Positions 1 through 14,751 of a stretch of DNA of 64,000 nt are shown here, piece by piece. The position numbers and the translations under genes are program-made. Source of the DNA: Piromyces finnis finn. Lineage: Eukaryota > Fungi > Neocallimastigomycota. The notes beneath the pieces are model-generated. The model had not been told where the DNA came from. It made no database searches and saw only the letters and a program-made list of their open reading frames with translations. Where the stretch lies: assembly GCA_002104945.1 (NCBI GenBank), contig MCFH01000060.1:62001-126000 (forward strand), written 5' to 3'. Each line of letters starts with the position of its first letter. Position 1 is the first letter of the stretch.

Positions 1-3000
1 GTTAAATTATTATTATTATAAATTATATTTATATTACCTTTAGTGTTATTGACCCAAGTTATATTGTAGTGGTGGTGGTGATGTATGAATGAAAAGGGAA
101 AATGAATAGTAAGATGGATCGATTATGGTAAACTATTTACCAAGTCTTTTAAACTATTTTTGGTTAAACTAATTTATTTTTTATAAAATAGAAAAATTAA
201 TAAAAGTATAATAGTATAACATCCACGAATAAAATATAAAACAATATATAAAGAAAAAGAATACATTATTTATAATAATAATAGTAACATGAATACATGA
301 ATTAAAAGCATAGTACATAGTATAAATTTAAAGATTTAATAAATAATAATATACATTATATCTTATAAAGCAAAGTTGAAATAATAATATATGTATATAA
401 CAGTAATATTTTTTCTAATTCTTAAATCTATAATACTACGTCTAAATATAAACCTAGTTTTTTTTTTTTTTGGCAAGTAAATTAACTAGCTAGGTTTTAT
501 AAAAAAAAAAAAATGGTGCTATTTAAATATTCACTATATCAATTTTTAGGTATTCTGTATATTATAATTATAATATATCATTCAATAGTATTAATGTGGT
601 TTTGATTATTTTTACAAACATATTCAAATGTATTTCATTTGTATTCAATAATATATTAATTATCAAAATAAAAAGTGAAACAATAAACAATCCATAAATT
701 TATGAGTATAATAGAATTTACTATAAATATTACTATAATATATTATCAAAATTGTAATTTATTTATATTAAAATTTATATTAATTAATTGATATATTATA
801 AAAAAAATAATCAATAAAATAAGTTTGTCTCCATCCCTATTATTACTAACCCTTTCATACTATTGAAAGGTAAAAAAAAATTTTAGTAACCAAACAAGAA
901 CAATTATATGACTTTGGAATAAAGGAAAAAGATTATAAAAGATATATCATAGCAATTGCAATTTATTAAATACAATTTACATGATATTAAATGACTAATA
1001 TTTTCATGAAACTCATTTTCAAATAAAGAAACAATTCTACTACAATAACAATAATATTGTATAATAGCTTCTTTCATAAAAAAGAAAGTTTATAAATTTA
1101 ATTATTCGAAATTAAAAATCCCCAGTACCTATAATAATAATAATTGAAACAAAAATCAATAATATTTAAATAGAGTCTCCATCATTATGATCAATACATA
1201 TAATTAATTATTCCCAAGAAAATAAAGTAACCACCTTTTAAATTCATTTCCAGTTGAAAGGTTAATTTACTGGTTAAACGAGTCTATTTTTATAAGCTTT
1301 AAATGATACTCAAACAAAATACCAAAATTAATTTTTATTTACTAATTTTAAATTATTTTATTTATAAAGTTGTAAAATAAATAGATAAAGTTAAATCACC
1401 ACCATAACTCATATAAAAATATATATTATAAGACTTTTTTTTTCTAAAAAAAAAAAATTTGATTATAATATTTAGAGGATGAATCAATCTTGCCTTTACA
1501 AAAATCTCAAGTAAATGAATAATTATTTATAATAGGCAAATAGAAAAGACTAAAAATTAAAAAAAAAAAAAAAAAGATATAAAATATCTTTTTTTTTTTA
1601 TAAAATATTTCATGTTGTTATATTAATATAAAACATTTATAAATAAAATAAAAAAATATATTATTAGCAATGGGATAGTATTATTATTGTATTATTATAT
1701 ATCTTATAATTCAAAATAGTAAACATAGTAAACCACTCATCACTGACTAAAAAATCAAGTGCACTTTACAATAAATAATAAAAAAAAGGAGTTTTTTTGT
1801 AAAAGAATAAAAACATATACAGTAAATAATATAAATATTTTATTCATATAGTATATTTGTAATATATTACACCATAATTGGACAATATAATGGTTCAATA
1901 TTATTATATAGAATTAATCTAGTAAAAATTATTCTTTAAAGTTAAGAAAAAAAATTAAAATTTCAAATTTAAAACAATAGGATTATGCCAATTGAACACA
2001 AAACTTTGAATACAAAATATTAAATCTTGATAAATTAATATATTATAAATCAATTTAATTTATTTATGTAATTAAAATAGATTAAATTATTAAATTTAAT
2101 TCCATTTAAAAAAAACTTTATTAAATTTATTATTGTTACACTAACACTAACATTTCATAACAATATAAAACTTTTTGAAATTTTGGTAACAAGTAATTCA
2201 TTTCAAATAATATTATATATATGTGTTAAATACAATAAAATTTTAATTTTTTAGATATTTAATTATACATTGTGAGTCCTATTATTAATATATTATTATA
2301 AATAAATTTAACTTTATTAATATATGAGAGACTATGGCCTAAAGAAATTTTTTATTGTTGACATCTTATATACTATATTTGTTTTATTATTATAAAGCTT
2401 ATTAAATAATAAACAATTATGTAACAAAAAATAAAGCCCCTTTCTTACCTTACGAAAGATGAAGTAGAAAAAGGAAACAAAATAAAATTTAACTTTTTTT
2501 TAATAAATTAAAAATAATATACAAATAAATATAACTATATTGAAATTTATTACTGCAAGTATAAAGAATAATATATGAATAATATAGGAATAAATATTAA
2601 TTTTTGATGATTAAAAAAATATTTTAACTGCCATCATAAACTCTATTTCAATATAAATGCATATGAAAAAAAAAGAGATGCACTTGAAAAAGTTGATACT
2701 ATTTATTACTAAAGTAAAGGATATTATTGTTGTATTATGAATAACTATCCTATCATCTTTTGGTCTTTACTATTTTTCAATTTTTTGTTTTTATGAATGT
2801 TTTTTTTTTTTAAAAAAGAAAAATAGGTTTCAAACTAATAAAGCAATGGTTCAATACTATTTTCAATAGTTATCAATTCATACTAATTCTATTTTTGTTT
2901 TTTGTTTTTTGTTTTTTTTTTTAATATAATATTATTTCACCAAGCCATAATACTTTTAATAATAATAATAATAATAATAAATATAGTTTAGTTAAATCCT

Positions 3001-6000
3001 ATAGTTGTTTGTTTGTTTGTTTCTAATTCTAAACTTGGTTTACAAGTATTTAATGTATATAATATTGTATACATAGCAAAATGTATATAATTTTTAAATT
3101 TTTTAGATAAAAATATTTATTTAGATCGCAATAAAATTTGTTTGTTTGTTTTTAAAATATTAATCATGTTTTAAAATGTATCATTAGTTGACCGTTGTTT
3201 TACATTTCATTAAAATAAGCTTTTTTAAAAAGAAAATAAAACAGAAAAAAGACGAATAATAATTTAAATTATAATTTCTTACTTTCCCGTTTTGTTTCAT
3301 CTTTCATTTCATCCAAATAAAAATATGTAATACAAATGTATTAATACATTAATGTAATAAGGTGTATTTTGTATTGAATAAATAAAAAAACATAAAAGGA
3401 AAATTGGTTTATCAATAACAACCTTTATACTTTTATATTATTAGTAATGAAAGGCTTTTTATTTTATTTTTTTTTTGAATAGAATAGGAGGCTTTAAAAA
3501 AAATGAAAGGCTTTTTTTTTAAAAAAAAAAAAATATAGTATTGATAATAATAATATAGCATACAAATTATATTAATTAATTTTATCATATTCATAAGTAA
3601 TTATATTAAAAAATATTCATATATATATAATATATATAATATAGGTATGATTATTTATTATTTATTATTTATTATTTAAATATTTATTATTTATTATTTA
3701 AATATTTATTATTTATTATTTATTATTTCTTATTATTATTTATTATTTATTATCTATATATTATATATTATATTCATATATTCATATATTCATATATATC
3801 TATATTTATATCAATATTTATTTATATATGTATATTTATATACATTTATTTATTTATTTCTTAATTCATTTATCTATATTTATTTTATAATTAATTAAAT
3901 TTATGTTTTTATTTTAAATGTTTTTTTAATGATAAAAAAGGAAATATTTAATTCATTTAAATAAATGATATCTTTATTCTATAAAAGTATACTCTATTCA
4001 TATATTAATTATATTAAATTAATTTAATACATTGTTGAAACATTTTCAATATTCTATATATTAAATAACAATAAAAACAATACTATAATTATTAATAAAA
4101 TAGATAATCATTATTATTATTTTAAAGTTATCTAATAATAAAAAAAAATATTAAAATATAGGATAATGAAAGGTTTAAAGTTATTATCTGTTACTGTTAA
4201 AGCATAATTCATACATAATATTTTATTCTTTGTGTTGATTATTCATAAATGAATCAAAATGTCATATTCAACAAAGGTAACTAATTGGTAAAACAATTCA
4301 TAAAGAATTTATTTTAAATTAATTAATTAATTATAGAAATTGGAATGTTTTTGTTTCTTTTAGAGAAATAAATACATTTTAATTTAATATCTGTATTATT
4401 ATTAATGTTATTGATTTACTTTACTTTTTTTTTAATACATAATTAATTTATATCTACTTCATTAAATTAAATTCTTTTTTCCTACTAATTATTTTAATTA
4501 TTTCCCTAAAAAAATTTGCCGTATCTACTAAATAAGGAAGTTATGGAATATTAATTTATTATATAAAAATGAAATTGCGGTCATTTTTATGCTCTATTTC
4601 AAAAATTAGAATATTTTTTTCAATTTACAAAAAAAAAAATATAATTTAAAAAAAAAGGATAAGTAAACAATAATATTATAAAATAATTTAGAATAGGTAA
4701 ACTATTTGATATAAAATATTATTAGACATCTTATTATAAATAAATAAATAATAAATGATAAAAAAGGAAGTAACATTAATGTTAAATATAATAATTACAT
4801 TTTTTGAAGTTTTGGAATATTAATATTATTATTTTTAATATTTAATATAAAATTTAAAATGGATAATTGCCATCAATTTTTTTCTATCTTACCTAAAATT
4901 GGCCATATTACCAATTATTAAGAAAACATGCAATAAATAATGAAAAAAAAAAAGAAAATAAATATTTTGCCGTAAATAGAATACGGCATTTTTTAAAATA
5001 GGCCGTTTTTATGTTTATGTAATTAAATTTAAAAAAAAAAAAATCAATATTTTTATGTATCAAAATTTTTGTATACAAAATTTATATATTTCATAGGGTA
5101 ACATTTGTATAAAAATTTAAAAGTAAAAAAAAAAAAAAAAGAAATTAATACAGTGAATTTTTTATAATAAAATAATAAATAGAAAATATTAAATAAAATG
5201 TATATATTTTTATATTTTACAATTTAAGTACTTTAAAAGAATTACACTGACTTTCCTTTTTTTTACTTTTATTATAGAAGGATCAAAAATATATAGATAT
5301 AATATATAAATTCTCTAATGTTTCAATGAATTAAGCATGATTTAAAAAAATATATATATGTTTTCTTATGAATGATGAAAAATATTTACCGTTCAAAAAA
5401 AATAGCCACACTTTATTCATCATCATGATGAATACAACAAATATTCAAATATTATTTATATGACATTAAACTAATATTATTTGTTGCTTATTAGGTAATC
5501 CTTTTTTTTTTAATTTTATTATTATTTAATGATTTTATCATTTTATTATTTTCTAATTTTTTTTAATAAAAATTTAACTTATAATATCATTATTATTATT
5601 ATTATTAAGATATTTATTTTTCTTTTTTTAAAAAAAAATTAAAAAGAAAAACATTATAAATTATAGAGAGTAATAATAGCACCTAAGCTATTAATCAAGA
5701 TTAAAAATGCAAGTTATCCTCCTTCATTTAATATTACATACATAATTATTACATATGTATATATTGTTTTAAATAAAAAAAAATAAATATACAAAAATTG
5801 TTGTTGTTTGTTTGTTTGTTCCTTTAAATAAATTAAATTCTTTTTTTAATATTTAATTGATAATCAATTTTTTTATATTTTTTTTAGTATTATCTCTGTT
5901 ATATTAAAATGTTTAGAATTAATAAAATGCATTTTCTATTTAATTTATTAAAGTTTAATGAAATTTTCTATTTTACCATAAATGGATATAATGGAAAATG

Positions 6001-6612
6001 GTGACATTTATATTAAATAATGAATCAAAATTAAAAAAGAATAATTTTTTATTAAAAATTATTTTAATATAATGCAAATCATAGATTAAAAATTTTAATT
6101 AATATTTGTTACTTTTAAAGGTAAATAATTTAAATGCATAAAAAATGGATAAATAAAAAAAATAAGGAAAAAAAAAAAAGCCAGATTAAAAAAGATCTTA
6201 CTATGAAATGGTTAAGAAAAGATTGAAAGGGAAAGGAAAAAAAAAAGTGTTGTCATAAAAATAGTAATATTTTTGTTGTATGAAAAAGTCTTTTTTTTTA
6301 TTTGTTTTTGATTTATTTTTATAATTAATGAAACAATTAATGAAAGAAAAGCATCATTAGTAAAAAAAAAGTTAGGATAATTTATTATTATAATATTATT
6401 TAGGTAATGGATAAATATACTTTTTTTTTTTTCTTTATCCTATTATAATAAATAATAATATCATCAAAAGTGTATTTCAAATAAATTCCTTCAATTTTAA
6501 GTTTGTGTTTAATTTATTAAAAAGTAACAAAACACTATTAAACAGCACTTGATTATTAAATTTTCATTATTAATAAATTTGATCTTTATTTAATATTAAT
6601 AAAAATAATATG

Positions 6613-6659
<47 letters not shown>

Positions 6660-6941
6660 GTTTATTATGTTTATTATTATTTAATAAATAGAAATAATTC
6701 AAAAAATATTAATTTATAAATTATAGAATAAAATTAATAGATGCATAATAATTAAATAATATTAAAAAAAAAAAAAAAAAAAAGGAAATAAAATCAAATA
6801 GGTTACGTAACTATTATCAATATAATATAAATAAAAATAGATACATATTATTGAAATAATTTTATATATTTATTTTAACACTAATAAAATTTAAAAGAAA
6901 AAAGGAAAAACTAATAAAAAAATAATCATCGTATAGGCTTT

Positions 6942-7877
6942 TTACTTTTTAGTTTTAATAGATGACTGTTTATATTTATCTATATAATAGTCAGATTGAC
7001 CACAAGAAGTAGTTCTTACATGGTTGATAACATAATCACTTCGAATAAATCTTTTATAACATACTTTACAACTGTATGGATAGATATTAAGATGAATTCT
7101 GTAATGTCGATCACGATCATATTTTCTACTAAAAACTTTACAACAAATATCACAAAAACAATCAATATTAAAAGGTTTATTACAATGTCCTTTTGAATAT
7201 TTAGTGGGCTTATTTCTCTTTGGTTGATAATACATTTTTATCATAGAAGTAGACTTTTTATCAACAATTGATTGAGAATCAAGCAAAGTAGTATGATTAT
7301 CAACTCTCTTATTTTCGATATTTTTAATGTTGTCAGCATCAATGGTAATAGCAGCTGTTGTAGTGGAAGTAGTAGTAGCTCTTTTTGATTCGAAAACATT
7401 TTTGATATCATTCATTTTCTTCTCTAAATTCTGAATAGAATGAATATATTTTTCAATTTCTTTTTTCAAGTTAAAACTGTTTGATACTAATAATGAATCG
7501 TTTACACTCTTAATAATATTATTTTTTAGGGTTAATGACGGAGCATTTATAGTATCATTCCTATTATGATTATTGTTATTTATTGCATTATTATTGTTAT
7601 TACTGATATGATAATCAAGATCATTACTAGCATTTTCACGGCTATTAATTAAATTATTGATATTATTATTACTACTGTTATTATTATACATTTTTAGATT
7701 TTCAATAATGGATAATATTGCTTTAAAACTACCCTTTGAATTTTCATTATTCTGTATTTCGTTTCTTATCAAACTAATTAAAGAATGATCCAAAATTGAT
7801 TCCTCTGTTTTTAATACTTCATTTAATGATAAATTATCATTCATGTCAATAGATTTTGTTTGATTTTGCTTTGTCAT
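6942..7877 (-). CDS. C2H2 zinc-finger transcription factor with Asn-rich low-complexity N-terminus (311 aa)
   Basis: Two tandem fingers at the C-terminus: CDICCKVFSRKYDRDRHYRIH, linker LNIYPYS, then CKVCYKRFIRSDYVINHVRTTSC (C2HC-type). Single open frame from ATG to TAA, more GC-rich than its flanks. Confidence 0.85.
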   Translation of the reverse strand: MTKQNQTKSIDMNDNLSLNEVLKTEESILDHSLISLIRNEIQNNENSKGSFKAILSIIENLKMYNNNSSNNNINNLINSRENASNDLDYHISNNNNNAINNNNHNRNDTINAPSLTLKNNIIKSVNDSLLVSNSFNLKKEIEKYIHSIQNLEKKMNDIKNVFESKRATTTSTTTAAITIDADNIKNIENKRVDNHTTLLDSQSIVDKKSTSMIKMYYQPKRNKPTKYSKGHCNKPFNIDCFCDICCKVFSRKYDRDRHYRIHLNIYPYSCKVCYKRFIRSDYVINHVRTTSCGQSDYYIDKYKQSSIKTKK

Positions 7878-8870
7878 TTTTTTAGATACTCTATTTTCAA
7901 TGGTTTTTTACTTTTAATAAAAATTTTAAACATAAGATATTATATATTATAAAAATTAAGAATAACTAGAATTGTATTGATATATAATCAATTTTTTTTT
8001 TTCTTTTTTTTTTTTCGTATATAAATTTAACTTTATTTTTAAATTTATATAAATTTTTATAAACTTTTAAAAATTTAATTGTTTTGTTTTGTAACAATTA
8101 CAAAAAAAAAAAAAAAAAAAACACTATAAATTTAATTTAAAAAAAACTTTTTCACTCTTTTTATATATTTTTTCCTTACTATTAATGTAAAAAAAAAAAA
8201 AAATTTTGCAAATAATTATTATATTTTATTTATCACTTAACCAAATTAAATTTTTATTTATTAATTTTACCAGATCAATTATTTTCTTAACCATAAAATT
8301 TTAAAATTTTTAATTTATTAAAAATTTAATTTACAGAAAAATGAGCAAATAAAACATTTTTTTTGTATTCAATATTTTCAAAAGTTCAATAAAATAATAA
8401 TATTTAACTTGCTTAAAGAAAAAAATTAACAACATGTAAAAAGCATTATAATAAAAAATTTAAAATAAGAATAATTTTAAAATAATAAATATTATTACAA
8501 AATAGTGTTTGTTTATTTCTTATAAGATGATATATATTATAATATTACAATATTAAATTATTATTTGTAATTATATCTTATATATAAATAAAAATTAAAA
8601 AATATATATATATAAACAATAAAGAACAATCAAATAAACAAAAAAATATATTTAAATTCCTAAAAACTAAATTAACTGGTTAATTAAACATTATTATTTT
8701 TCTTTTATTACATCTTATAAGTTGCTATATTTTTTTTATTATCTTTTCCTTAAGAATTCATGATAGAGATTTATTTTTATATAAACAAAAAAAATAATTT
8801 ATTTATGTTTTTTTGTTTATGAAAATATTAAATAGTTTAAATATTTTATAAATGTAAATAGAAGTTATTT

Positions 8871-8901
8871 AATAATAATAATAATAATAATAATAAGATT
8901 A

Positions 8902-8955
<54 letters not shown>

Positions 8956-8960
8956 GATTA

Positions 8961-9005
<45 letters not shown>

Positions 9006-9010
9006 GATTA

Positions 9011-9046
<36 letters not shown>

Positions 9047-9051
9047 GATTA

Positions 9052-9081
<30 letters not shown>
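8871..9081. repeat. (AAT)n microsatellite with recurring AAGATTAG interruptions
   Basis: Four AAGATTAG interruptions separate AAT runs of variable length. Confidence 0.9.
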
Positions 9082-9083
<2 letters not shown>

Positions 9084-9369
9084 TATATAAAAAATAAGTC
9101 ATTTATTTCTTTTTTTCACTTTTTAAATTTAAAAAAGAAAATTAGAGTTAGTATATTGTTCCCATTGTTAAAAACTTTTTGCTACGTTACACTCCTAAAA
9201 TATACTAAAAACTGGATAGATACAAGGCAACTTCATCCTTCCAATGATTCTTTAAAACTAAATATATAAAACAAAAGTATAAAACCTAATTTTATACTTT
9301 AATATTTCTTATATTTAATTCAACCTAAGTATTAATTATAAAATATATATATATATTTTTTATATTTTA

Positions 9370-9470
9370 TTATTTTTTCAGAAAATTTATATATTTTATT
9401 AATAATTTTATAAAGTATTATGATCTTAACCCTTTATAAAATTATTATAAATACATCTAACCCTTGAGAT
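9370..9470 (+). mobile_element. Possible degenerate remnant of a C-like LTR
   Basis: tatgatcttaaccctttataaaattattataaatacatctaacccttg resembles family C tatgaccttaacccttaataatttttataataaataactttaaccctt (about 38430-38480). No termini found. Confidence 0.3.
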
Positions 9471-9518
9471 TAAATCTTTATTATAAAAACAACCATTTTA
9501 TTTCAACAACAGATGCTA

Positions 9519-9550
<32 letters not shown>

Positions 9551-9953
9551 AGAATTATTTTAGCGTAAATCATATTCATTTAAAAGCTACGGAATAATAG
9601 TAACATGTATTAAAAAAAATTAATATCTCTGATGGTTCATTATATATTAAGGCTTAATTTTTTTTTTTTTTTTTTTTTTAATATAAATGATTGAAAATTC
9701 AAAAAAAAAATTATGATAGATACATCATAAGGTATTGTCTAGAACAATGCTTAAATATTGAAAAAAATGTTAATAGATTTTTTTTAATGTTTAAAACTAC
9801 AAATAAAAGAAATTAAAAATGAAATAAGAGTTAAAAAAAAAAAAAAACTTTTATATAATTTATATGAATATATACTTTTATAAATATTTAATTTTTTTTT
9901 TTATTATTATTATAATACAAATTGGTTAGGATATGTAAAAATGGTACAGAAAA

Positions 9954-10164
9954 AGATTTTGTTGATAAACCATATTTAAAAAAATATAAAATTTAAGGAC
10001 ATAGTATTAAATTTTAAAAGAAGTAATATGTAGGTATTTTAAATTTATTTTTAACAAAAATTAAATGATGTTTAAAAATTAAACACTCACGGCGGGACTC
10101 GAACCCGCAATCTTCAGATTAGAAGTCTGACGCCCTATCCAATTAGGCTACGCGAGCCACTTTC
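9954..10164. repeat. About 210-bp direct repeat (tRNA plus about 130 nt of 3' flank), duplicated at about 38010-38223
   Basis: Near-identical from aagattttgtt..ataaaccatattt through the tRNA to cactttc at both loci. Confidence 0.9.
10084..10157 (-). tRNA. tR(UCU): tRNA-Arg, anticodon TCT (copy 1)
   Basis: Reverse complement folds as a cloverleaf: acceptor GCTCGCG/CGTGAGT plus discriminator G, anticodon arm TCAGA-CTTCTAA-TCTGA, T arm GCGGG-TTCGAGT-CCCGC. A TTTTT terminator follows within about 10 nt. Confidence 0.97.
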
Positions 10165-10171
10165 AATTTAT

Positions 10172-10730
10172 TGATACGAAGAAAAATATTATCTTAATTC
10201 TATAAATGAATATAGAAAGTGATAATATTTGTATCTAAAAAATAATATTTAATAAATAAAATTTAAAGAAAATAAAAATAAATGATTTTTATACTTGTTC
10301 ATTTTCAAGTATTAGTTAGTTTTATAAAATATAGTTTATTTAATTATAAATTTTGATATTTAATAACTCTAGTATTATTAAATATATATTTTATTATTAA
10401 TACATCTCGGTATGTATGTGAATATAATTATAAGTATTATTTTAATAAATTTAATATTATTATCTAATTTTTCTGGATTATTAGGAACATTTTTAAAAAT
10501 AAGTAATTCTATCACTATTTATACAAAATTATTATTTTAAGATATAATTATAAACAAATATAAACTATTTAATTTAAAAAGAAATAAACAATTAAATAAA
10601 CAAAAAGTTTACATTTATAATTTTTAATTTAATAATTTTATACATGTTAAATATTTTAAATTTTTATCTATATTTTAATTATTATTATTATTATTATTAA
10701 TTTATAATTTATAAATTTAATTATTTATCA
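10172..10730 (+). mobile_element. Solo LTR, family A (A1), 14 nt upstream of tRNA copy 1
   Basis: TGATAC...TTTATCA termini, 4-bp TSD TTAT, and at least 6 related copies in the window. Confidence 0.8.
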
Positions 10731-12485
10731 TTATCAAAAGGCGATTTTTTATTAAAGAAAAGTGTGGTAAGCACACTAGTTATATTGTGAAGATATTAAC
10801 TGGATTTAAAACAAATTCAGATAATATCTATAATTAATTAAACATAATAATTATAATTAAATAATTTCAATAATTATTTTAAAACACTTTTAAAAGTCAC
10901 CTTTTAAATTTTGATTCAGTGAAAGGGTTATGATTTCAAAAAATTTAATATCAATACACTATAACCCTTAGCCAAAAATAAACAAATACGAAACTACGCA
11001 TAACTCGCCAAAAACGAGTGCTACGGCTGTAAGTACTACGGCTATGAAACTAGGTTTATTAGAAAGCTTAAGGGAAAAGCTATATTTTGGTATAATCGCG
11101 GTCCTTCTAACTGGTCATTTAAGGAAGATATGATCATTTGAAGATTTTAATAAGTAAATTAAAATTAATATGATATCAAGTATGGATCATAGACATTTCT
11201 TATGACTTGATGAAATTAAAAATATATCAATAGGAATTTTAGTTATATTAATTTAATTAATGATAACGATTGTTACTAAAAATAGAACTAGACCCATTTA
11301 GGTGTAACAGTTAACACCTATAAATTAAATAATCTTAATTATTATAAAATAGGTTAACGGCAAGTTTTATTAGAAATAATTTTGAAAATAATAATTATTT
11401 AATTATAACAAATATGTTATGGTAATATCAATTAATAATGATGAATTATTAATTGAATAGTTTTTATAATTACTAATTAGGATCAACTGTTTAAATGATT
11501 AATCATATGTTTATTTTATTTTATGTCATGACAAACAAACAAACAAACAAACAATCTTATTACTTATTTAATTATATTACTAATATATTACATGTAATAC
11601 TTTATTCTTATTAATATCAATTTAATAATCTGAACAAAGAATATAAAAGAGAATGAATTGAATTCGATTTTAATTCTTTGTAAAGATTATAGTTATAATC
11701 TTAATTATATAGTTACTTATAATATCATTTATATTATTATTATTAAATAAATAAAAAAGTTTATAAAAAGTTATTTTAAAGTAAATATAAATTTTTCATT
11801 TTTCATTTGGGAGTTTAAGGTGTTATTTTATAATTAAATTTAATTTCTTAAAAAACATTTTTACTATATAATTAATAACATTCTGACCTGGCCGCATAAC
11901 CAAACCCAAAAACTTAACATATATTAATTAATAAATATAATACGCTTTCCTATTGAAGGCGTAAAGCTAATAATATTTATATAAAGAAATTTAAATAATA
12001 TTTTTATTTTAGCAATAACTTAATATCAGCATATATTAAGTTATTAAAAATATTAAAATTTTTAAAGTTTTAGGTTTTATAGGAGTTTATAAATTTTATT
12101 AACTTTAGGTTAAAAAATTACTAACGCTAAAGCTTCGTAATTTTTGTCAATTTTTGTTCTTTTTATACATGAACAATTTTAATTATTACATTTTTTAATT
12201 TTAATTAATTATTATCTAATTATAAAATATTTAATTTTTATAAATTAATAATTAATATAATTATAAATAGTTAATAAATTTAAATTAAAATTTTTAATAA
12301 TAAAATTTTAATAATTTTAAAAAATTTAATAATTTCAAATATTAGAAATTTTATACTTTGAAATTTTTTAATAAAAATTTAAAAAATAAATTTTTTCAAA
12401 TTTTCAAATTTTCAAATTTAAAAAAAATTTTTAATTTTTTCCATGTGTCCAAATTTTTTAAATTTTTATATATGTTATTGTGACA
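10731..12485. mobile_element. Solo LTR, family D (D1), interrupted by A1 at its start and by B1
   Basis: Removing A1 and B1 reconstructs tatcaaaaggcg...ttattgtgaca, matching D3 (tgtcaaaaagcg..., 37388). Confidence 0.7.
10786..11919 (+). mobile_element. Solo LTR, family B (B1, 1134 bp)
   Basis: TGTGAAG...CTTAACA termini, 5-bp TSD TATAT, four copies in the window. Confidence 0.85.
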
Positions 12486-12492
12486 CAATTTT

Positions 12493-12988
12493 TGATAAAG
12501 AATGAAATTTATAAATAATGAATTAATAGAATAGCTGATTTTAAGATTATATAAACTTAATATAAATTAAAATAATAGTAAATAATCAAAATAATATAAA
12601 ATATAAATGTTTAATTAAATTTTAAAAATGTAAAATATAAACAACTTTTGTTTATAAACAAACTTAAATGTAATTATTTATTATAAATAGAAATAGAAAA
12701 TATTATTTTTAAAGATTGTTACTAATTAGCCAGGAAAATTAGAATATTTTAAAATTATAATAAATTAATATATTTTTTTTTATAATACATAGCGAGATGT
12801 ATTATACATTTATTTTAAATAAATAAACTAATATTATAAAACAAGATGTGTTTTTTAAAACTTTAAATTATATTTAATAATTATATAAACTTGTAGAATG
12901 AGCAAGTAAAAAATAAATCATTCAATTACACACAAATATACCACTTTCTAAGCTTATTTAGAATTAAGGTATATTTGAACGTGTGTCA
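12493..12988 (-). mobile_element. Solo LTR, family J (J1)
   Basis: TGATAAAG...GTGTGTCA termini with T-run flanks. The inverse copy J4 is at 46052-46543. Confidence 0.8.
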
Positions 12989-13043
12989 TTTTGATAAATA
13001 ATTAAATTTATAAATTATGAATTTATAATAATAATAATAATAA

Positions 13044-14178
13044 TGTGAAGATATTAACTGGATTTAAAACAAATTCAGATAATATCTATAATTAATTAAA
13101 CATAATAATTAGAATTAAAGAATTTCAATGATTATTTTAAAACACCTTTAAAAGTCACCTTTTAAATTTTGGTTCAGTGAAAGGGTTATGATTTCAAAAA
13201 ATTTAATATCAATACACTATAACCCTTAGCCAAAAATAAACAAATACGAAACTACGCATAACTCGCCAAAAACGAGTGCTACGGCTGTAAGTACTACGGC
13301 TATGAAACTAGGTTTATTAGAAAGCTTAAGGGAAAAGCTATATTTTGGTATAATCGCGGTCCTTCTAACTGGTCATTTAAGGAAGATATGATCATTTGAA
13401 GATTTTAATAAGTAAATTAAAATTAATATGATATCAAGTATGGATCATAGACATTTCTTATGACTTGACGAAAATTAAAAAGATATCAATAGAAATTCTA
13501 ATTATATTAATTTAATTAATGATAGTGACTGTTACTAAAAATAGAACTAGACCCATTTAGGTGTAACAGTTAACACCTATAAATTAAATAATCTTAATTA
13601 TTATAAAATAGGTTAACGGCAAGTTTTATTAGAAATAATTTTGAAAATAATAATTATTTAATTATAACAAATATGTTATGGTAATATCAATTAATAATGA
13701 TGAATTATTAATTGAATAGTTTTTATAATTACTAATTAGGATCAACTGTTTAAATGATTAATCATATGTTTATTTTATTTTATGTCATGACAAACAAACA
13801 AACAAACAAACAATCTTATTACTTATTTAATTATATTACTAATATATTACATGTAATACTTTATTCTTATTAATATCAATTTAATAATCTGAACAAAGAA
13901 TATAAAAGAGAATGAATTGAATTCGATTTTAATTCTTTGTAAAGATTATAGTTATAATCTTAATTATATAGTTACTTATAATATCATTTATATTATTATT
14001 ATTAAATAAATAAAAAAGTTTATAAAAAGTTATTTTAAAGTAAATATAAATTTTTCATTTTTCATTTGGGAGTTTAAGGTGTTATTTTATAATTAAATTT
14101 AATTTCTTAAAAAACATTTTTACTATATAATTAATAACATTCTGACCTGGCCGCATAACCAAACCCAAAAACTTAACA
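13044..14178 (+). mobile_element. Solo LTR B2 (chimera of B3 and B1), inserted 52 nt into an inverted A fragment (12992-13043)
   Basis: Same termini as B1. The 5' diagnostic sites match B3 and the 3' diagnostic sites match B1. Confidence 0.85.
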
Positions 14179-14751
14179 TATATTAATTAATAAATATAAT
14201 ACGCTTTCCTATTGAAGGCGTAAAGCTAATAATATTTATATAAAGAAATTTAAATAATATTTTTATTTTAGCAATAACTTAATATCAGCATATATTAAGT
14301 TATTAAAAATATTAAAATTTTTAAAGTTTTAGGTTTTATAGGAGTTTATAAATTTTATTAACTTTAGGTTAAAAAATTACTAACGCTAAAGCTTCGTAAT
14401 TTTTGTCAATTTTTGTTCTTTTTATACATGAACAATTTTAATTATTACATTTTTTAATTTTAATTAATTATTATCTAATTATAAAATATTTAATTTTTAT
14501 AAATTAATAATTAATATAATTATAAATAGTTAATAAATTTAAATTAAAATTTTTAATAATAAAATTTTAATAATTTTAAAAAATTTAATAATTTCAAATA
14601 TTAGAAATTTTATACTTTGAAATTTTTTAATAAAAATTTAAAAAATAAATTTTTTCAAATTTTCAAATTTTCAAATTTAAAAAAAATTTTTAATTTTTTC
14701 CATGTGTCCAAATTTTTTAAATTTTTATATATGTTATTGTGACACAATTTT

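Noticed and set aside
40-130. Slightly GC-richer patch (GTGGTGGTGGTG), possibly a terminal exon
   Set aside because: Too short, with no supportable reading frame or recognisable motif.
131-6900. Possible intron-rich genes in the AT-rich left flank
   Set aside because: No ORF or codon-like composition visible. Cannot be supported without transcript data.
6996-7196. Antisense 66-aa ORF
   Set aside because: Shadow of the zinc-finger gene.
10218-10222. AGTGA as a sequence-specific target site
   Set aside because: It is hit repeatedly in A, but equivalent insertions occur at the same distance in D, H, O, L and inverted A with unrelated TSDs. Distance explains all cases.
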